In this document: in pieces, positions 43,508 to 56,461 of the stretch
How the letters are laid out: each line of letters opens with the position of its first letter
How positions within the stretch are numbered: position 1 is the first letter of the stretch
From: Escherichia coli
GTDB taxonomy: Bacteria > Pseudomonadota > Gammaproteobacteria > Enterobacterales > Enterobacteriaceae
Assembly: GCF_050320075.1 (NCBI RefSeq)
Contig: NZ_CP190018.1
Strand: one strand, 5' to 3'
DNA: 64,000 nucleotides
Made by a program: the position numbers and the translations under genes
The notes under the pieces: generated by a model
The model's input: the letters and a program-made list of their open reading frames with translations, nothing else
What the model was told of the DNA's origin: nothing
The model's database searches: none

Positions 43508-44650
43508 ATGACAAATAAACACCCATCATTGTTTTCTCCTTTTATGCTGACAGAAAAAATAAAGCTACGTAATCGTATCGTTATGGCTCCTATGACAACC
43601 TGGTCAGCTAATCCTGATGGAACCATCTCTGAGCAAGAACTCGAATTTTATAAACGTCGCTCACAAAATGTTGGTTTAGTAATAACAGGATGCACCTATG
43701 TCACGCCAAGCGGCATTGGGTTTACTCATGAATTTGCCGCGTATGACGACCGTTTCATTAACAGCCTTGAAAAGTTAGCAGCTGCAGCCAAAAGTGGCGG
43801 TGCTCCGGCTATTTTGCAGATTTTCCACGCTGGTAATAAAGCCATCCCGGAGCTTGTGCCAAATAACGATGTTATTAGTGCCAGCGCATCAAGCGTAAAA
43901 TCTGGTGACTTTATGAAGAGAGTGGTACAAAGCAGGGAAATGACTGAAAACGAAATTCAGGAAACCATTAGAGCATTCGGAGATGTCACAAAAAGGGCGA
44001 TTAAAGCAGGTTTTGATGGCGTTGAACTTCATGGTGCGCACGGATTCCTTCTACAGAATTTCTTCTCCCCTCTATTTAACCAGCGTAATGACCGATGGGG
44101 AGGAGATCTCGAAAGACGTATGCGATTCCCGCTGGCCGTATTACAGGAAGTAAAAAATGTAGTCTATGAATATGCGACAAAGCCCTTTGCCATCGGTTAC
44201 AGAATATCTCCTGAAGAATCTGCAACAGGGGGGCTGCGGATAGAGGATACTTATAAACTCCTTGATCGGCTCATTGCATCCGGTATTTCGTATATACATA
44301 CCTCGCTGGTCAGTATTAACGATAGCTACCCTGTTGAGTCGCCAAATGGCCCCCGAACTATTGAATTGATTTTAAATCATATTGCAGGCAGAGTGCCGGT
44401 AATCGCTGCAGGTAAAATACGCACACCGTCTCAGGCTCAAGAAGCAATTTCCACTGGCCTGCCACTTGTTGCGATCGGTAAAGGGCTGGTGATAAATCCA
44501 GAATGGGTGACTTTAGCTGAATCAGGTAGAAGCCATGAAATTCAAACAACCCTTAATCCACAACTTGTTCCTGAATTAACCATTCCGGATAAACTATGGG
44601 ATCAAATTCAGGCATCGAAAGGAACTGGCTGGTTTCCGTTAATGGATTAA
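43508..44650 (+). CDS. Old-Yellow-Enzyme family NADH:flavin oxidoreductase, 380 aa
   Basis: OYE motifs: RIVMAPMTT, GFDGVELHGAHGFLLQNFFSP, and a C-terminal TIM-barrel GKG segment. Confidence 0.8.
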   Translation: MTNKHPSLFSPFMLTEKIKLRNRIVMAPMTTWSANPDGTISEQELEFYKRRSQNVGLVITGCTYVTPSGIGFTHEFAAYDDRFINSLEKLAAAAKSGGAPAILQIFHAGNKAIPELVPNNDVISASASSVKSGDFMKRVVQSREMTENEIQETIRAFGDVTKRAIKAGFDGVELHGAHGFLLQNFFSPLFNQRNDRWGGDLERRMRFPLAVLQEVKNVVYEYATKPFAIGYRISPEESATGGLRIEDTYKLLDRLIASGISYIHTSLVSINDSYPVESPNGPRTIELILNHIAGRVPVIAAGKIRTPSQAQEAISTGLPLVAIGKGLVINPEWVTLAESGRSHEIQTTLNPQLVPELTIPDKLWDQIQASKGTGWFPLMD

Positions 44651-45121
44651 ATATCTATTACTCTCCCGAGTGTAAAACTATCAAACCAATGAGTAACCGA
44701 TACAGCCTCGCAAATTCTTTCAGATAATTAACCCGTCACTGCGGCACGTTCTCTCATAAGGCGTGCCTGCTGTGTAATCCAGTATGGATCCAGCATAGTT
44801 GACGGCTTAATAGACTCAATTCCTTTCCCAGGTTACCAACAACGATATCTTGTATAACACCCCAGAAGATACGACATTATGATGAGATGAGGTATGCTCC
44901 TCAGCGCCAATCAACGCCAGGGCTGGGCCAGTTTTGAGATCAGACTCATTCCCGGACTGACTTCAGGCGACATATATCAATGACGTTGGGGCAATAAAAG
45001 ATAGCCGATGTAATACATCTATTCAAATTTGTGATACATGTCAAAAAATTGGTTGACCAAACTCGTTATTTATATAAGGGCACTTACGAAGTGCACTCTT
45101 TTTTAAAGCGAGGAAGTACCA

Positions 45122-45223
45122 ATGAAAGAGAATAAAGTACAACAAATCAGTCATAAACTGATTAATATCGTTGTTTTTGTCGCAATTGTAGAATACGCCT
45201 ATTTATTTCTCCATTTCTATTAA
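45122..45223 (+). CDS. ykgR: Small membrane protein, 33 aa
   Basis: ATG preceded by a GAGGAAG ribosome-binding site. Translation MKENKVQQISHKLINIVVFVAIVEYAYLFLHFY has a single helix. Found by hand; too short for the ORF track. Confidence 0.55.
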   Translation: MKENKVQQISHKLINIVVFVAIVEYAYLFLHFY

Positions 45224-45552
45224 TAACGGCAATAAACTGTTCACTTCAGTGATATTAAAAAATATGCATCCTCTCCCTTTTTTGTAAGTAATTATTATAT
45301 CCGTGGGAGAGGAATACACGCTGTCCGGCAATCAATCAAACTGCGATAAATCATCGGCCAGTAAAATGGAGATAGCCTCCATTCTCGAAAAATTCATACT
45401 CTCAGCGAAACCATCACTCATCAAGGCGTTTATGGGAGCGTCGCCAATGGCTGCTAACAATGCCAGACTTCCCCGTTGCCGAAATTCCACATACCACAAA
45501 TGGTCACAGGGATTGGGTGTTGAAATGATCCGGATGAGCATGTATCTTTATG

Positions 45553-45570
45553 GTTATGTTATAACATAAC
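45553..45570. promoter_or_regulatory. Zur box (zinc-uptake-regulator operator) upstream of ykgM
   Basis: Perfect 18-bp palindrome GTTATGTTATAACATAAC ending 12 nt before the ykgM start codon. Confidence 0.7.
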
Positions 45571-45581
45571 AGGTAAAAATG

Positions 45582-45845
45582 ATGAAGCCCAATATCCATC
45601 CTGAGTATCGTACTGTGGTGTTCCACGACACCAGTGTTGATGAGTACTTTAAAATCGGCTCGACTATCAAAACAGACCGTGAGATTGAGCTGGATGGAGT
45701 AACGTATCCGTACGTGACAATTGATGTCTCTTCTAAATCGCACCCGTTCTATACAGGGAAGCTGAGAACAGTGGCATCAGAAGGAAATGTTGCACGATTC
45801 ACCCAACGTTTTGGTCGTTTTGTTAGCACGAAAAAGGGGGCATGA
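45582..45845 (+). CDS. ykgM: Ribosomal protein L31 paralogue (type B, lacks the zinc ribbon), 87 aa
   Basis: [32 protein letters not shown]... is an L31-type sequence without the CxxC pairs. Zur box immediately upstream. Confidence 0.9.
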
Positions 45846-45985
45846 TGAAAGTCCTTAACTCTCTGCGTACCGCAAAAGAACGCCATCCAGACTGTCAGAT
45901 TGTGAAGCGAAAAGGACGGCTATATGTGATTTGTAAATCTAATCCACGTTTTAAGGCCGTTCAGGGTCGTAAGAAAAAACGTTGA
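45845..45985 (+). CDS. ykgO: Ribosomal protein L36 paralogue, 46 aa
   Basis: Hand translation [46 protein letters not shown]. The start overlaps the ykgM stop. Too short for the ORF track. Confidence 0.85.
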   Translation: MKVLNSLRTAKERHPDCQIVKRKGRLYVICKSNPRFKAVQGRKKKR

Positions 45986-46036
45986 TTCAAAATTCGACGA
46001 ATTAACGATATTTGTCTGATTAATAATCAGACCGGA

Positions 46037-46075
46037 TTAATGTTGGTGTATTTATTACACCAGCATTAATTTTCC
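46037..46075 (+). terminator. Probable rho-independent terminator of ykgM-ykgO
   Basis: 14-bp stem TTAATGTTGGTGTA / TACACCAGCATTAA with one mismatch, loop TTTAT, then TTTTCC. Confidence 0.55.
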
Positions 46076-46391
46076 TGGGGATGTATCTTCCTGTTCATTT
46101 AAAGTCAACTGCCTGACGTTTCTCTCCGAATATTCCATTATATTAATGTTGACTTGTTGACCAGGTGCGCCCTGTATGCTGGCATCAACTCTCTTTTAGA
46201 CTGAACACGCCACTCAGTTTCCTCCCTTTGCGACGCAGCCTGCATTTACACTCAAACGGTTAAGATGATAAATGTGGTAAATCTGTTGGTACTGACATAA
46301 AAACGTTTACGCCACAGGAACGGCCTGATCCACCGGTAACCCCATCGCCGACGTTCGAGTGCCAGTTAGAGTAACGCGCACAGATGACTGA

Positions 46392-46616
46392 ATGCAGTGC
46401 CCTGGCAAAGAGGCCATCGTTCCTGTGACAACTGGCAGTCTTCGTTTAACTTCACTTAATTTGGCTCTTAGGGGGCTTACCGGACAGATGACGTACTTAC
46501 ACCTGTTTAATTTTTCATCACTTATTGGGATGAACCCCCATAACCATTTTGTGCGGCATGTTAATCCATTAAAACACCTTACTGATTGGCAAATCATCTT
46601 TAATTATGACTCATGA
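46392..46616 (+). CDS. Hypothetical small protein, 74 aa; possibly ykgL by position
   Basis: ORF-track entry in the AT-rich region upstream of ecpR. No recognisable motif, so coding status is uncertain. Confidence 0.25.
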   Translation: MQCPGKEAIVPVTTGSLRLTSLNLALRGLTGQMTYLHLFNFSSLIGMNPHNHFVRHVNPLKHLTDWQIIFNYDS

Positions 46617-46999
46617 TAGTTTTATATTCTATTTCTTATCATTTAAACTTGTTTTTTTACTAGTCCATTACACAACACATTAAGACTATTCCTAACACCT
46701 CAGGGCAAAGTTCCTGGCTAATATAAAATGCAAGTAAGAATTGAACGTTATATTGCCAATAACCTTATGAAACTGAATGTCTTTTTCTTCTTATCAAAAA
46801 AGCAATATTTTCATTTTTTGTAAATATTGACTTAACCATGGAATTCCTTTTCTGTTCACATATTGACACTCATCAGGAAAAAAACATAAATTTAAACCTA
46901 ATCGAAATAATTAAAACTTAATCTCGTTTAACCTATATTGATATGTGCTACGTATCTTATTTACTTCCGATTTACTAAAGAAACTGAATGTACCTGTAA

Positions 47000-47611
<612 letters not shown>

Positions 47612-47685
47612 ACTCCAGGCAAGTTAGTTTTAAAAAATGACTCACAGGGACATCACGTCCTCAATTCAACTCGGGAAGAAAAGCA

Positions 47686-48273
47686 ATGAAAAAAAAGGTT
47701 CTGGCAATAGCTCTGGTAACGGTGTTTACCGGCATGGGTGTGGCGCAGGCTGCTGACGTAACAGCTCAGGCTGTAGCGACCTGGTCAGCAACAGCCAAAA
47801 AAGACACCACCAGTAAGCTGGTTGTGACGCCACTCGGTAGCCTGGCGTTCCAGTATGCCGAAGGCATTAAAGGTTTTAACTCACAGAAAGGTCTATTTGA
47901 CGTAGCTATCGAGGGTGACTCAACGGCTACCGCCTTTAAACTGACCTCACGTCTTATCACCAACACCTTAACCCAGTTGGATACCTCAGGTTCCACACTG
48001 AATGTGGGCGTTGATTATAACGGCGCGGCAGTCGAAAAAACTGGCGATACCGTGATGATCGATACCGCCAACGGCGTACTGGGCGGCAACCTTAGCCCAC
48101 TGGCTAACGGTTACAATGCCAGCAATCGTACCACCGCACAGGATGGTTTCACTTTCTCCATCATCAGCGGCACCACCAATGGTACCACCGCAGTAACCGA
48201 TTACAGCACTCTACCGGAAGGCATCTGGAGCGGCGACGTTAGCGTACAGTTCGACGCTACCTGGACCAGTTAA
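47686..48273 (+). CDS. ecpA: E. coli common pilus major subunit, 195 aa
   Basis: Signal peptide [22 protein letters not shown] followed by a Thr/Gly-rich pilin domain. Confidence 0.9.
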   Translation: MKKKVLAIALVTVFTGMGVAQAADVTAQAVATWSATAKKDTTSKLVVTPLGSLAFQYAEGIKGFNSQKGLFDVAIEGDSTATAFKLTSRLITNTLTQLDTSGSTLNVGVDYNGAAVEKTGDTVMIDTANGVLGGNLSPLANGYNASNRTTAQDGFTFSIISGTTNGTTAVTDYSTLPEGIWSGDVSVQFDATWTS

Positions 48274-48329
48274 TCTCTCTGATGTACCAGCAGGGGTACC
48301 CCCCTGCTTTATTCCTGGACGGAATTGTT

Positions 48330-48998
48330 ATGAAAAAGCACCTTCTGCCTCTCGCTCTGCTGTTTTCCGGAATATCTCCGGCCCAGGCGCTGGATGTCGG
48401 CGATATATCATCGTTTATGAACAGTGACAGCAGCACGCTGAGCAAAACGATCCAAAACAGTACCGACAGTGGCCGCCTCATCAATATCCGTCTCGAACGG
48501 CTCTCTTCACCGCTTGACGACGGGCAGGTTATCGCAATGGACAAGCCGGATGAGTTGCTACTCACTCCCGCTAGCTTGCTGCTACCCGCCCAAGCCAGCG
48601 AAGTGATCCGCTTCTTCTATAAGGGACCAGCAGATGAAAAAGAGCGCTACTACCGCATTGTCTGGTTCGATCAGGCCCTCAGTGATGCGCAGCGCGATAA
48701 TGCCAACCGCAGCGCTGTAGCCACTGCTTCCGCCCGCATCGGCACCATTCTGGTCGTCGCCCCCCGCCAGGCGAACTACCGCTTTCAGTACGCCAACGGC
48801 TCCCTGACGAATACAGGAAATGCGACGCTGCGGATCCTCGCCTACGGCCCCTGCCTGAAAGCCGCCAATGGTAAGGAGTGTAAAGAGAATTACTACCTGA
48901 TGCCGGGTAAGTCGCGTCGTTTTACCCGCGTGGATACGGCGGATAACAAAGGACGGGTTGCACTTTGGCAGGGTGATAAGTTCATTCCCGTGAAATAG
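48330..48998 (+). CDS. ecpB: Ecp periplasmic chaperone, 222 aa
   Basis: Signal peptide [20 protein letters not shown]. Start taken at the internal ATG; the track start is 48282. Confidence 0.85.
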   Translation: MKKHLLPLALLFSGISPAQALDVGDISSFMNSDSSTLSKTIQNSTDSGRLINIRLERLSSPLDDGQVIAMDKPDELLLTPASLLLPAQASEVIRFFYKGPADEKERYYRIVWFDQALSDAQRDNANRSAVATASARIGTILVVAPRQANYRFQYANGSLTNTGNATLRILAYGPCLKAANGKECKENYYLMPGKSRRFTRVDTADNKGRVALWQGDKFIPVK

Positions 48999-49023
48999 AT
49001 AGCTGTGCAGATGGATAACGACA

Positions 49024-51549
49024 ATGCCTTTACGACGGTTCTCCCCAGGACTGAAAGCCCAGTTTGCCTTCGGCATGGTCTTTTTGTTCGTTCAGCCCGA
49101 TGCCAGCGCTGCTGACATAAGTGCGCAGCAAATCGGTGGGGTGATTATTCCGCAGGCCTTCAGTCAGGCGCTTCAGGACGGCATGAGCGTCCCGCTCTAT
49201 ATTCATCTTGCCGGTAGCCAGGGTCGCCAGGACGATCAGCGAATCGGCAGCGCTTTTATCTGGTTGGATGATGGACAGCTACGCATCCGGAAAATACAGC
49301 TGGAAGAGAGTGAAGATAACGCCAGTGTCAGCGAACAAACTCGACAGCAGCTGATGGCTCTGGCCAACGCCCCGTTCAATGAGGCCCTTACCATCCCCCT
49401 GACTGACAACGCGCAGCTGGATCTCAGCTTGCGCCAACTGCTGCTGCAGCTGGTGGTCAAGCGCGAAGCGCTGGGCACCGTACTACGCTCACGTAGCGAA
49501 GACATCGGGCAGTCCAGTGTTAACACCCTCAGCAGTAATCTGAGCTATAACTTCGGCGTCTATAACAACCAGTTGCGTAACGGCGGGAGCAACACATCCA
49601 GCTATCTGTCGCTGAATAACGTTACTGCGCTGCGCGAACATCACGTGGTGCTCGACGGCTCACTGTACGGGATTGGTAGCGGTCAACAGGACAGTGAATT
49701 ATATAAAGCGATGTATGAACGCGATTTTGCTGGTCACCGATTTGCCGGTGGAATGCTCGACACCTGGAACTTGCAGTCCTTAGGGCCGATGACCGCCATT
49801 TCAGCAGGGAAGATTTACGGCCTTTCCTGGGGAAACCAGGCCAGCTCCACCATCTTCGACAGCAGCCAGTCAGCCACGCCAGTGATCGCCTTTTTACCGG
49901 CGGCGGGCGAAGTACATCTCACCCGTGATGGGCGACTACTAAGCGTTCAGAACTTCACCATGGGCAATCATGAAGTGGATACCCGGGGTCTACCGTACGG
50001 TATTTACGATGTGGAAGTTGAGGTGATCGTTAACGGTCGCGTGATCAGCAAACGCACCCAGCGGGTCAATAAGCTGTTTAGCCGGGGGCGCGGCGTCGGT
50101 GCACCACTGGCGTGGCAGATATGGGGCGGTAGCTTTCATATGGATCGCTGGTCGGAAAACGGGAAAAAGACGCGACCAGCTAAAGAGAGTTGGCTGGCAG
50201 GTGCCTCAACCTCCGGCTCACTGAGTACGCTTAGCTGGGCGGCAACGGGATATGGATACGATAATCAGGCGGTGGGTGAAACCCGTCTGACGCTGCCGCT
50301 TGGGGGGGCGATCAACGTTAACCTGCAAAACATGCTGGCCAGTGACAGCTCATGGAGCAACATCGCCAGCATCAGCGCCACTCTACCTGGAGGCTTCAGT
50401 TCTCTGTGGGTTAACCAGGAAAAAACCCGCATTGGCAATCAATTGCGACGTAGCGATGCCGACAACCGTGCAATCGGCGGCACACTCAACCTGAACTCAC
50501 TGTGGTCGAAGCTGGGTACGTTCAGCATCAGCTACAATGATGACCGCCGCTACAACAGCCATTATTACACGGCAGATTACTATCAAAATGTCTACAGCGG
50601 TCCCTTTGGTTCGCTTGGCCTGCGGGCCGGTATTCAGCGCTATAACAACGGCGACAGCAGCGCCAATACAGGGAAATATATCGCTCTCGATCTCTCGCTA
50701 CCACTGGGCAACTGGTTTAGCGCAGGGATGACCCATCAAAACGGCTACACCATGGCAAACCTGTCAGCACGCAAACAGTTTGATGAAGGAACCATTCGCA
50801 CTGTTGGTGCCAATCTGTCACGAGCCATCTCCGGCGATACCGGTGATGACAAAACCCTCAGCGGTGGGGCGTATGCACAGTTCGACGCTCGTTACGCCAG
50901 CGGAACGCTGAACGTCAATAGCGCGGCGGACGGCTACATCAATACCAATTTGACCGCCAACGGCAGCGTCGGCTGGCAAGGTAAAAACATCGCTGCCAGC
51001 GGGCGGACCGATGGCAATGCTGGGGTGATATTCGACACTGGCCTGGAGAACGATGGTCAGATCAGCGCCAAAATCAACGGGCGGATTTTCCCGCTTAACG
51101 GCAAGCGTAACTATCTCCCGCTCTCTCCCTATGGAAGATATGAGGTGGAGTTACAGAACAGCAAAAACTCACTCGACAGTTACGATATCGTCAGCGGTCG
51201 CAAAAGCCATCTGACTCTCTATCCAGGCAATGTCGCTGTCATTGAGCCAGAAGTGAAGCAGATGGTTACCGTCTCCGGTCGTATCCGTGCGGAAGACGGC
51301 ACACTGCTGGCTAACGCACGGATTAACAACCATATCGGCCGAACCCGAACCGATGAAAACGGCGAGTTTGTCATGGACGTGGATAAGAAATACCCCACTA
51401 TCGATTTTCGCTACAGTGGCAATAAAACCTGCGAAGTGGCACTGGAACTCAACCAGGCGCGCGGTGCCGTCTGGGTCGGTGATGTGGTCTGCAGCGGCCT
51501 CTCATCGTGGGCGGCGGTGACGCAGACAGGAGAAGAGAATGAGAGTTAA
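49024..51549 (+). CDS. ecpC: Ecp outer-membrane usher, 841 aa
   Basis: Large beta-rich protein with a signal peptide, in the usher position. Confidence 0.85.
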   Translation: MPLRRFSPGLKAQFAFGMVFLFVQPDASAADISAQQIGGVIIPQAFSQALQDGMSVPLYIHLAGSQGRQDDQRIGSAFIWLDDGQLRIRKIQLEESEDNASVSEQTRQQLMALANAPFNEALTIPLTDNAQLDLSLRQLLLQLVVKREALGTVLRSRSEDIGQSSVNTLSSNLSYNFGVYNNQLRNGGSNTSSYLSLNNVTALREHHVVLDGSLYGIGSGQQDSELYKAMYERDFAGHRFAGGMLDTWNLQSLGPMTAISAGKIYGLSWGNQASSTIFDSSQSATPVIAFLPAAGEVHLTRDGRLLSVQNFTMGNHEVDTRGLPYGIYDVEVEVIVNGRVISKRTQRVNKLFSRGRGVGAPLAWQIWGGSFHMDRWSENGKKTRPAKESWLAGASTSGSLSTLSWAATGYGYDNQAVGETRLTLPLGGAINVNLQNMLASDSSWSNIASISATLPGGFSSLWVNQEKTRIGNQLRRSDADNRAIGGTLNLNSLWSKLGTFSISYNDDRRYNSHYYTADYYQNVYSGPFGSLGLRAGIQRYNNGDSSANTGKYIALDLSLPLGNWFSAGMTHQNGYTMANLSARKQFDEGTIRTVGANLSRAISGDTGDDKTLSGGAYAQFDARYASGTLNVNSAADGYINTNLTANGSVGWQGKNIAASGRTDGNAGVIFDTGLENDGQISAKINGRIFPLNGKRNYLPLSPYGRYEVELQNSKNSLDSYDIVSGRKSHLTLYPGNVAVIEPEVKQMVTVSGRIRAEDGTLLANARINNHIGRTRTDENGEFVMDVDKKYPTIDFRYSGNKTCEVALELNQARGAVWVGDVVCSGLSSWAAVTQTGEENES

Positions 51550-53182
51550 CCTACTGATAGCGATGATAATCGTTGCGCTAATCTGGCCTGCAACCGCGCT
51601 CAGAGCGGCAGTGAGCAAAACCACCTGGGCGGATGCTCCGGCACGCGAGTTTGTGTTTGTCGAAAACAACTCAGACGACAACTTTTTCGTCACTCCTGGC
51701 GGGGCGCTGGATCCGCGCCTGACCGGTGCCAACCGCTGGACCGGTTTAAAATACAATGGTTCAGGAACCATCTATCAGCAAAGCCTCGGCTACATTGATA
51801 ACGGTTACAACACCGGCCTTTATACCAACTGGAAGTTTGATATGTGGCTGGAAAATTCACCAGTTTCATCTCCTTTAACTGGCTTGCGCTGCATCAACTG
51901 GTACGCTGGGTGTAATATGACCACCAGTCTTATCCTGCCGCAAACCACCGACGCCAGTGGATTTTATGGCGCGACGGTGACCAGCGGCGGCGCGAAGTGG
52001 ATGCACGGCATGTTGTCAGACGCGTTTTACCAGTATCTGCAACAAATGCCCGTCGGCAGCAGCTTTACAATGACCATCAATGCCTGCCAGACCTCTGTGA
52101 ACTATGACGCCAGCAGCGGCGCACGCTGTAAGGATCAGGCCTCCGGCAACTGGTATGTTCGCAACGTCACCCATACGAAAGCAGCAAATCTACGGTTGAT
52201 AAATACCCACTCGCTGGCGGAGGTGTTTATCAACAGCGACGGAGTACCGACTCTGGGCGAAGGGAACGCCGACTGCCGGACGCAAACCATCGGCAGCCGT
52301 TCAGGATTAAGTTGTAAGATGGTTAACTATACCCTGCAAACAAACGGACTCAGCAACACCTCAATCCATATATTCCCGGCGATCGCCAACTCGTCGTTAG
52401 CCTCGGCCGTCGGGGCGTACGATATGCAGTTCAGTCTGAATGGCAGTTCATGGAAACCGGTGAGCAATACTGCCTATTACTACACCTTCAACGAGATGAA
52501 GAGCGCAGACTCGATCTATGTTTTCTTCTCGAGCAACTTCTTTAAGCAGATGGTGAACCTCGGGATCAGCGATATCAACACCAAAGATCTATTCAACTTT
52601 CGCTTTCAGAACACCACATCACCGGAGTCTGGCTGGTATGAATTTTCTACCTCCAACACGCTGATTATCAAACCCCGTGATTTCAGCATCAGTATTATCT
52701 CCGATGAATATACTCAGACACCGTCGCGGGAGGGATATGTTGGCAGCGGCGAGTCGGCACTCGATTTCGGCTATATCGTAACCACCAGCGGTAAAACAGC
52801 TGCCGACGAAGTGCTGATCAAGGTGACCGGACCCGCGCAGGTGATTGGCGGGCGCTCCTATTGTGTCTTCAGCTCCGATGATGGTAAGGCGAAAGTACCG
52901 TTCCCGGCGACGCTTTCCTTTATTACCCGCAGCGGAGCTACAAAAACCTACGATGCCGGGTGCGATGATAGCTGGCGGGATATGACCGATGCGCTGTGGC
53001 TGACCACACCGTGGACTGATATCTCTGGCGAAGTGGGGCAGATGGATAAGACCACAGTCAAATTTTCGATTCCAATGGATAACGCCATTTCGCTGCGTAC
53101 GGTAGATGATAACGGCTGGTTTGGCGAAGTCAGCGCTTCAGGAGAGATTCATGTTCAGGCGACGTGGCGTAACATTAACTAA
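51539..53182 (+). CDS. ecpD: Ecp tip adhesin / polymerised minor subunit, 547 aa
   Basis: Signal peptide [23 protein letters not shown]. Overlaps ecpC by 11 nt. Confidence 0.85.
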   Translation: MRVNLLIAMIIVALIWPATALRAAVSKTTWADAPAREFVFVENNSDDNFFVTPGGALDPRLTGANRWTGLKYNGSGTIYQQSLGYIDNGYNTGLYTNWKFDMWLENSPVSSPLTGLRCINWYAGCNMTTSLILPQTTDASGFYGATVTSGGAKWMHGMLSDAFYQYLQQMPVGSSFTMTINACQTSVNYDASSGARCKDQASGNWYVRNVTHTKAANLRLINTHSLAEVFINSDGVPTLGEGNADCRTQTIGSRSGLSCKMVNYTLQTNGLSNTSIHIFPAIANSSLASAVGAYDMQFSLNGSSWKPVSNTAYYYTFNEMKSADSIYVFFSSNFFKQMVNLGISDINTKDLFNFRFQNTTSPESGWYEFSTSNTLIIKPRDFSISIISDEYTQTPSREGYVGSGESALDFGYIVTTSGKTAADEVLIKVTGPAQVIGGRSYCVFSSDDGKAKVPFPATLSFITRSGATKTYDAGCDDSWRDMTDALWLTTPWTDISGEVGQMDKTTVKFSIPMDNAISLRTVDDNGWFGEVSASGEIHVQATWRNIN

Positions 53183-53861
53183 GGCCCTGCTGACAGTGGT
53201 CTGTATGCTGGCGGCACCTTTGACACAGGCGATTTCGGTCGGCAATCTGACTTTTTCACTGCCGTCCGAGACTGACTTTGTCAGCAAACGTGTAGTGAAT
53301 AACAACAAAAGCGCACGGATATACCGTATTGCCATCAGTGCTATTGATAGCCCGGGCAGCAGTGAATTGCGCACCCGACCGGTGGATGGTGAACTGCTTT
53401 TCGCCCCCCGCCAGCTGGCGTTGCAGGCTGGTGAGAGCGAGTATTTTAAATTTTACTATCATGGTCCACGGGATAACCGCGAGCGCTACTACCGGGTCTC
53501 ATTTCGCGAGGTCCCCACTCGTAACCTGACAAAACGCAGCCCTACCGGCGGTGAGGTCAGCACGGAGCCGGTGGTGGTGATGGATACCATTCTGGTAGTA
53601 CGACCACGTCAGGTTCAGTTTAAATGGTCCTTCGACCAGGTGACAGGAACGGTAAGTAACACTGGCAACACATGGTTTAAGCTACTGATTAAGCCAGGAT
53701 GTGATTCGACCGAAGAGGAAGGCGATGCCTGGTATCTACGTCCGGGAGAGGTGGTTCATCAGCCTGAGTTACGTCAGCCGGGGAATCATTATCTGGTCTA
53801 TAACGACAAATTCATTAAGATTAGCGATTCCTGTCCGGCTAAGCCCCCTTCGGCGGACTAA
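53151..53861 (+). CDS. ecpE: Ecp second periplasmic chaperone, 236 aa
   Basis: Signal peptide [27 protein letters not shown]. Paralogous to EcpB (shared [15 protein letters not shown] / [15 protein letters not shown] motif). Confidence 0.85.
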   Translation: MFRRRGVTLTKALLTVVCMLAAPLTQAISVGNLTFSLPSETDFVSKRVVNNNKSARIYRIAISAIDSPGSSELRTRPVDGELLFAPRQLALQAGESEYFKFYYHGPRDNRERYYRVSFREVPTRNLTKRSPTGGEVSTEPVVVMDTILVVRPRQVQFKWSFDQVTGTVSNTGNTWFKLLIKPGCDSTEEEGDAWYLRPGEVVHQPELRQPGNHYLVYNDKFIKISDSCPAKPPSAD

Positions 53862-54173
53862 GACTTATCCATCGGTCAAGGGAAGAACTCCACCTCAGAG
53901 ACTCAAAAATCGTTTAAATAATGTGGAAGCGATCGTCAATGTCACCTGTAACGATGGGCTTTCTCATATGTACACCATAGTGTTCAGGAGACGCGGAAAG
54001 GTACCAGGCAGCCTGCTAACGAGTGGTTTATTCACGAATTAGTACGTAAAATCGGTAACGGCTGGAAATCATTCAATACTCACACTATCGAAAGTTCCCC
54101 AGCCAACCGCGGTACGTTCTTACATACGATGTACCGCTGTTCTCTTTACGATTTATAGCTGTACTGGTGAATT

Positions 54174-54503
54174 ATGAGCAATCTGAATCCATGCATGACG
54201 TGTGGTGCCTGTTGTGCATTTTTCCGCGTCTCTTTTTACTGGGCCGAAGCCGACGATGCTGGCGGTACCATTCCCGCCAGGCTCACTGAACAAATATCCC
54301 CTTTTCACCGATGCATGAGCGGTACCAATCAGAAAAACCCCCGATGTATTGCCCTTGCAGGAACACCGGGCAAAAATGCCTGCTGCACGATATATAAAAA
54401 TCGATCGTCCACGTGCAGAGAATTCGCCATGTCTGGTGAGAACGGAGTCGTCAATGAGGCTTGCAATCGTGCAAGAGCTAAATACGGGCTGACACCGTTA
54501 TAA
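54174..54503 (+). CDS. ykgJ: YkgJ-family cysteine-cluster protein (putative Zn/Fe-binding), 109 aa
   Basis: CMTCGACC and further Cys motifs (CxxxxC, ACCTIY, CREF). Confidence 0.75.
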
Positions 54504-54525
54504 ATATGCAATAATTAATTGCACT

Positions 54526-54558
54526 GCCCCGCCAGCTATAATCGCGGGGCTTCGTTTT
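54526..54558 (+). terminator. Probable rho-independent terminator after ykgJ
   Basis: GCCCCGC-(11 nt loop)-GCGGGGC followed by TTCGTTTTT. Confidence 0.6.
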
Positions 54559-54709
54559 TCAGGGATAACAAAACCCGAAACTTCTTCCATCTGCCAGCAA
54601 CAATGCCTCTTCCTCTATAGTGTTCTCCGGATCTACAGCATCCTGAAGTAGCGCGATGTACTCACGGGCTATCTGCTTCAGAAAGTAAAAAGCAATGTTT
54701 TTAACCTAT

Positions 54710-54738
54710 AAAAATGGCGCTGCATTTGCGCCATTTTT
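54710..54738. terminator. Probable terminator hairpin downstream of yagU (possibly bidirectional)
   Basis: AAAAATGGCGC-TGCATTT-GCGCCATTTTT: an 11-bp perfect stem flanked by A- and T-runs. Confidence 0.6.
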
Positions 54739-54751
54739 ATTATTCAATGCA

Positions 54752-55366
54752 TTATCTGTTTGAGCCTAAAGGGATCTCAGGGTCTGGCTCATGAGTAATT
54801 CTGTTTCGTAAATCTCTGCGAATAATTTCAATGGACCAGAACCAGACTAAATGTCCAAAAATTTCAGAAACATTCTCATACCACGGGAGATCAAACAGAG
54901 GTGGCGTCAGTCCCATGAGAGGGAATGAAATCATATGAACAAAAAGTTGGGCTAAAGCACCTGCCAGTAAGCCCTGCCAGAGTTTAATTTTTGGAAATAC
55001 TTCAGCGACCACACAATAACCGACAGCAAACACTATCGAAAAGATAATGTGCGTAACACCAACCCAGTTAAAGACATGCCCGGCAAAGGTATAAACAGCC
55101 GCATTGGGATCTGTCAGCCCCAACCAGTCTCGAAGAAAAATATACGGAGGATTGAGAAAATTACGGGAGCAATCAATTTGCCCAGCAGCCCTGATTAATG
55201 ATTCCGGGCCACACGCTGCATTAAACATATCCACCGGGCTACGTGGCGGCAATGGAACTTCAGCCCCCCACTTCACAAATGCGGAAACAACGCCAGCAAT
55301 CAGCCCAATGAATGCAGCAAGACCATAACGTCTGCGGTTCGGTGGAGTTTGTTCAAATATATTCAT
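54752..55366 (-). CDS. yagU: DUF1440-family inner-membrane protein, 204 aa
   Basis: Polytopic membrane protein. Length and position (between ykgJ and paoA) match yagU. Confidence 0.75.
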
Positions 55367-55771
55367 ATCTACCCTGCTTGTACCATTATGTTATACACCT
55401 CTTCAGGAGTATTCATAAAATAAGACAAATGTAAAGAACTGTATTGTTTTGTATAATGCAATGGTGACTAATCGCCAATGAATATAAGCACCATCATTTC
55501 TCCCTATTTTTATATTAAAAGTGACAACGATTTACAGGGTGATGCTGAGCTGACAATCACAGGTTTCCTTATCGGTTTTTGCATCGCACAACTAAAGCAA
55601 TAAACTAGCTCCCGTCATCGGCGAATATGAATTAATTAGCCGGGCTCATAGCTGCATTCGCGTTTTAAGAATAATCCTCCTGCTCTCACCGACTATGCTT
55701 AACGTTTAAAAAAGCATCAGCACTCTCGCAACGCACTCTTATTTTCCCCTTTAGAATACCGGAGGCCTGGT

Positions 55772-56461
55772 ATGAGCAACCAAGGCGAATACCCCGAAGA
55801 TAATCGGGTTGGGAAGCACGAGCCGCACGATTTTAGTTTGACCCGTCGCGATCTGATTAAAGTCAGCGCCGCAACGGCGGCGACCGCCGTGGTTTATCCT
55901 CATTCTACGCTTGCGGCAAGCGTTCCGGCAGCTACACCCGCGCCAGAGATAATGCCCCTGACACTTAAGGTGAACGGCAAAACCGAGCAGTTGGACGTTG
56001 ATACCCGAACCACGCTACTGGACGCTTTGCGTGAAAATCTGCATCTGATCGGTACCAAGAAAGGTTGCGATCACGGACAGTGCGGAGCCTGTACCGTGCT
56101 GGTCAATGGTCGAAGGCTTAATGCCTGCCTGACGCTTGCAGTCATGCATCAGGGGGCCGAGATCACCACCATTGAAGGCCTGGGTTCACCAGAGAATCTT
56201 CACCCCATGCAGGCGGCCTTTATCAAGCATGATGGCTTCCAGTGCGGCTACTGCACCTCCGGGCAAATTTGCTCATCAGTAGCGGTGCTAAAAGAGATTC
56301 AGGACGGCATTCCCAGTCACGTCACGGTCGATTTGGTTTCCCCTCCAGAAAGAACGGCCGATGAGATCCGTGAACGTATGAGCGGCAACATCTGTCGCTG
56401 TGGTGCATACGCTAACATCCTTGCCGCCATTGAAGACGCTGCGGGGGAGATAAAATCATGA
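55772..56461 (+). CDS. paoA: Periplasmic aldehyde oxidoreductase 2Fe-2S subunit with Tat signal peptide, 229 aa
   Basis: Twin-arginine motif [19 protein letters not shown]. Two [2Fe-2S] clusters ([11 protein letters not shown]..., [17 protein letters not shown]). Confidence 0.9.
   Translation: MSNQGEYPEDNRVGKHEPHDFSLTRRDLIKVSAATAATAVVYPHSTLAASVPAATPAPEIMPLTLKVNGKTEQLDVDTRTTLLDALRENLHLIGTKKGCDHGQCGACTVLVNGRRLNACLTLAVMHQGAEITTIEGLGSPENLHPMQAAFIKHDGFQCGYCTSGQICSSVAVLKEIQDGIPSHVTVDLVSPPERTADEIRERMSGNICRCGAYANILAAIEDAAGEIKS

Noticed and set aside
45303-45569. 88-aa plus-strand ORF and overlapping 69-aa minus-strand ORF immediately upstream of ykgM.
   Set aside because: They overlap the Zur box and promoter and lack motifs; they might instead be remnants of degraded genes.
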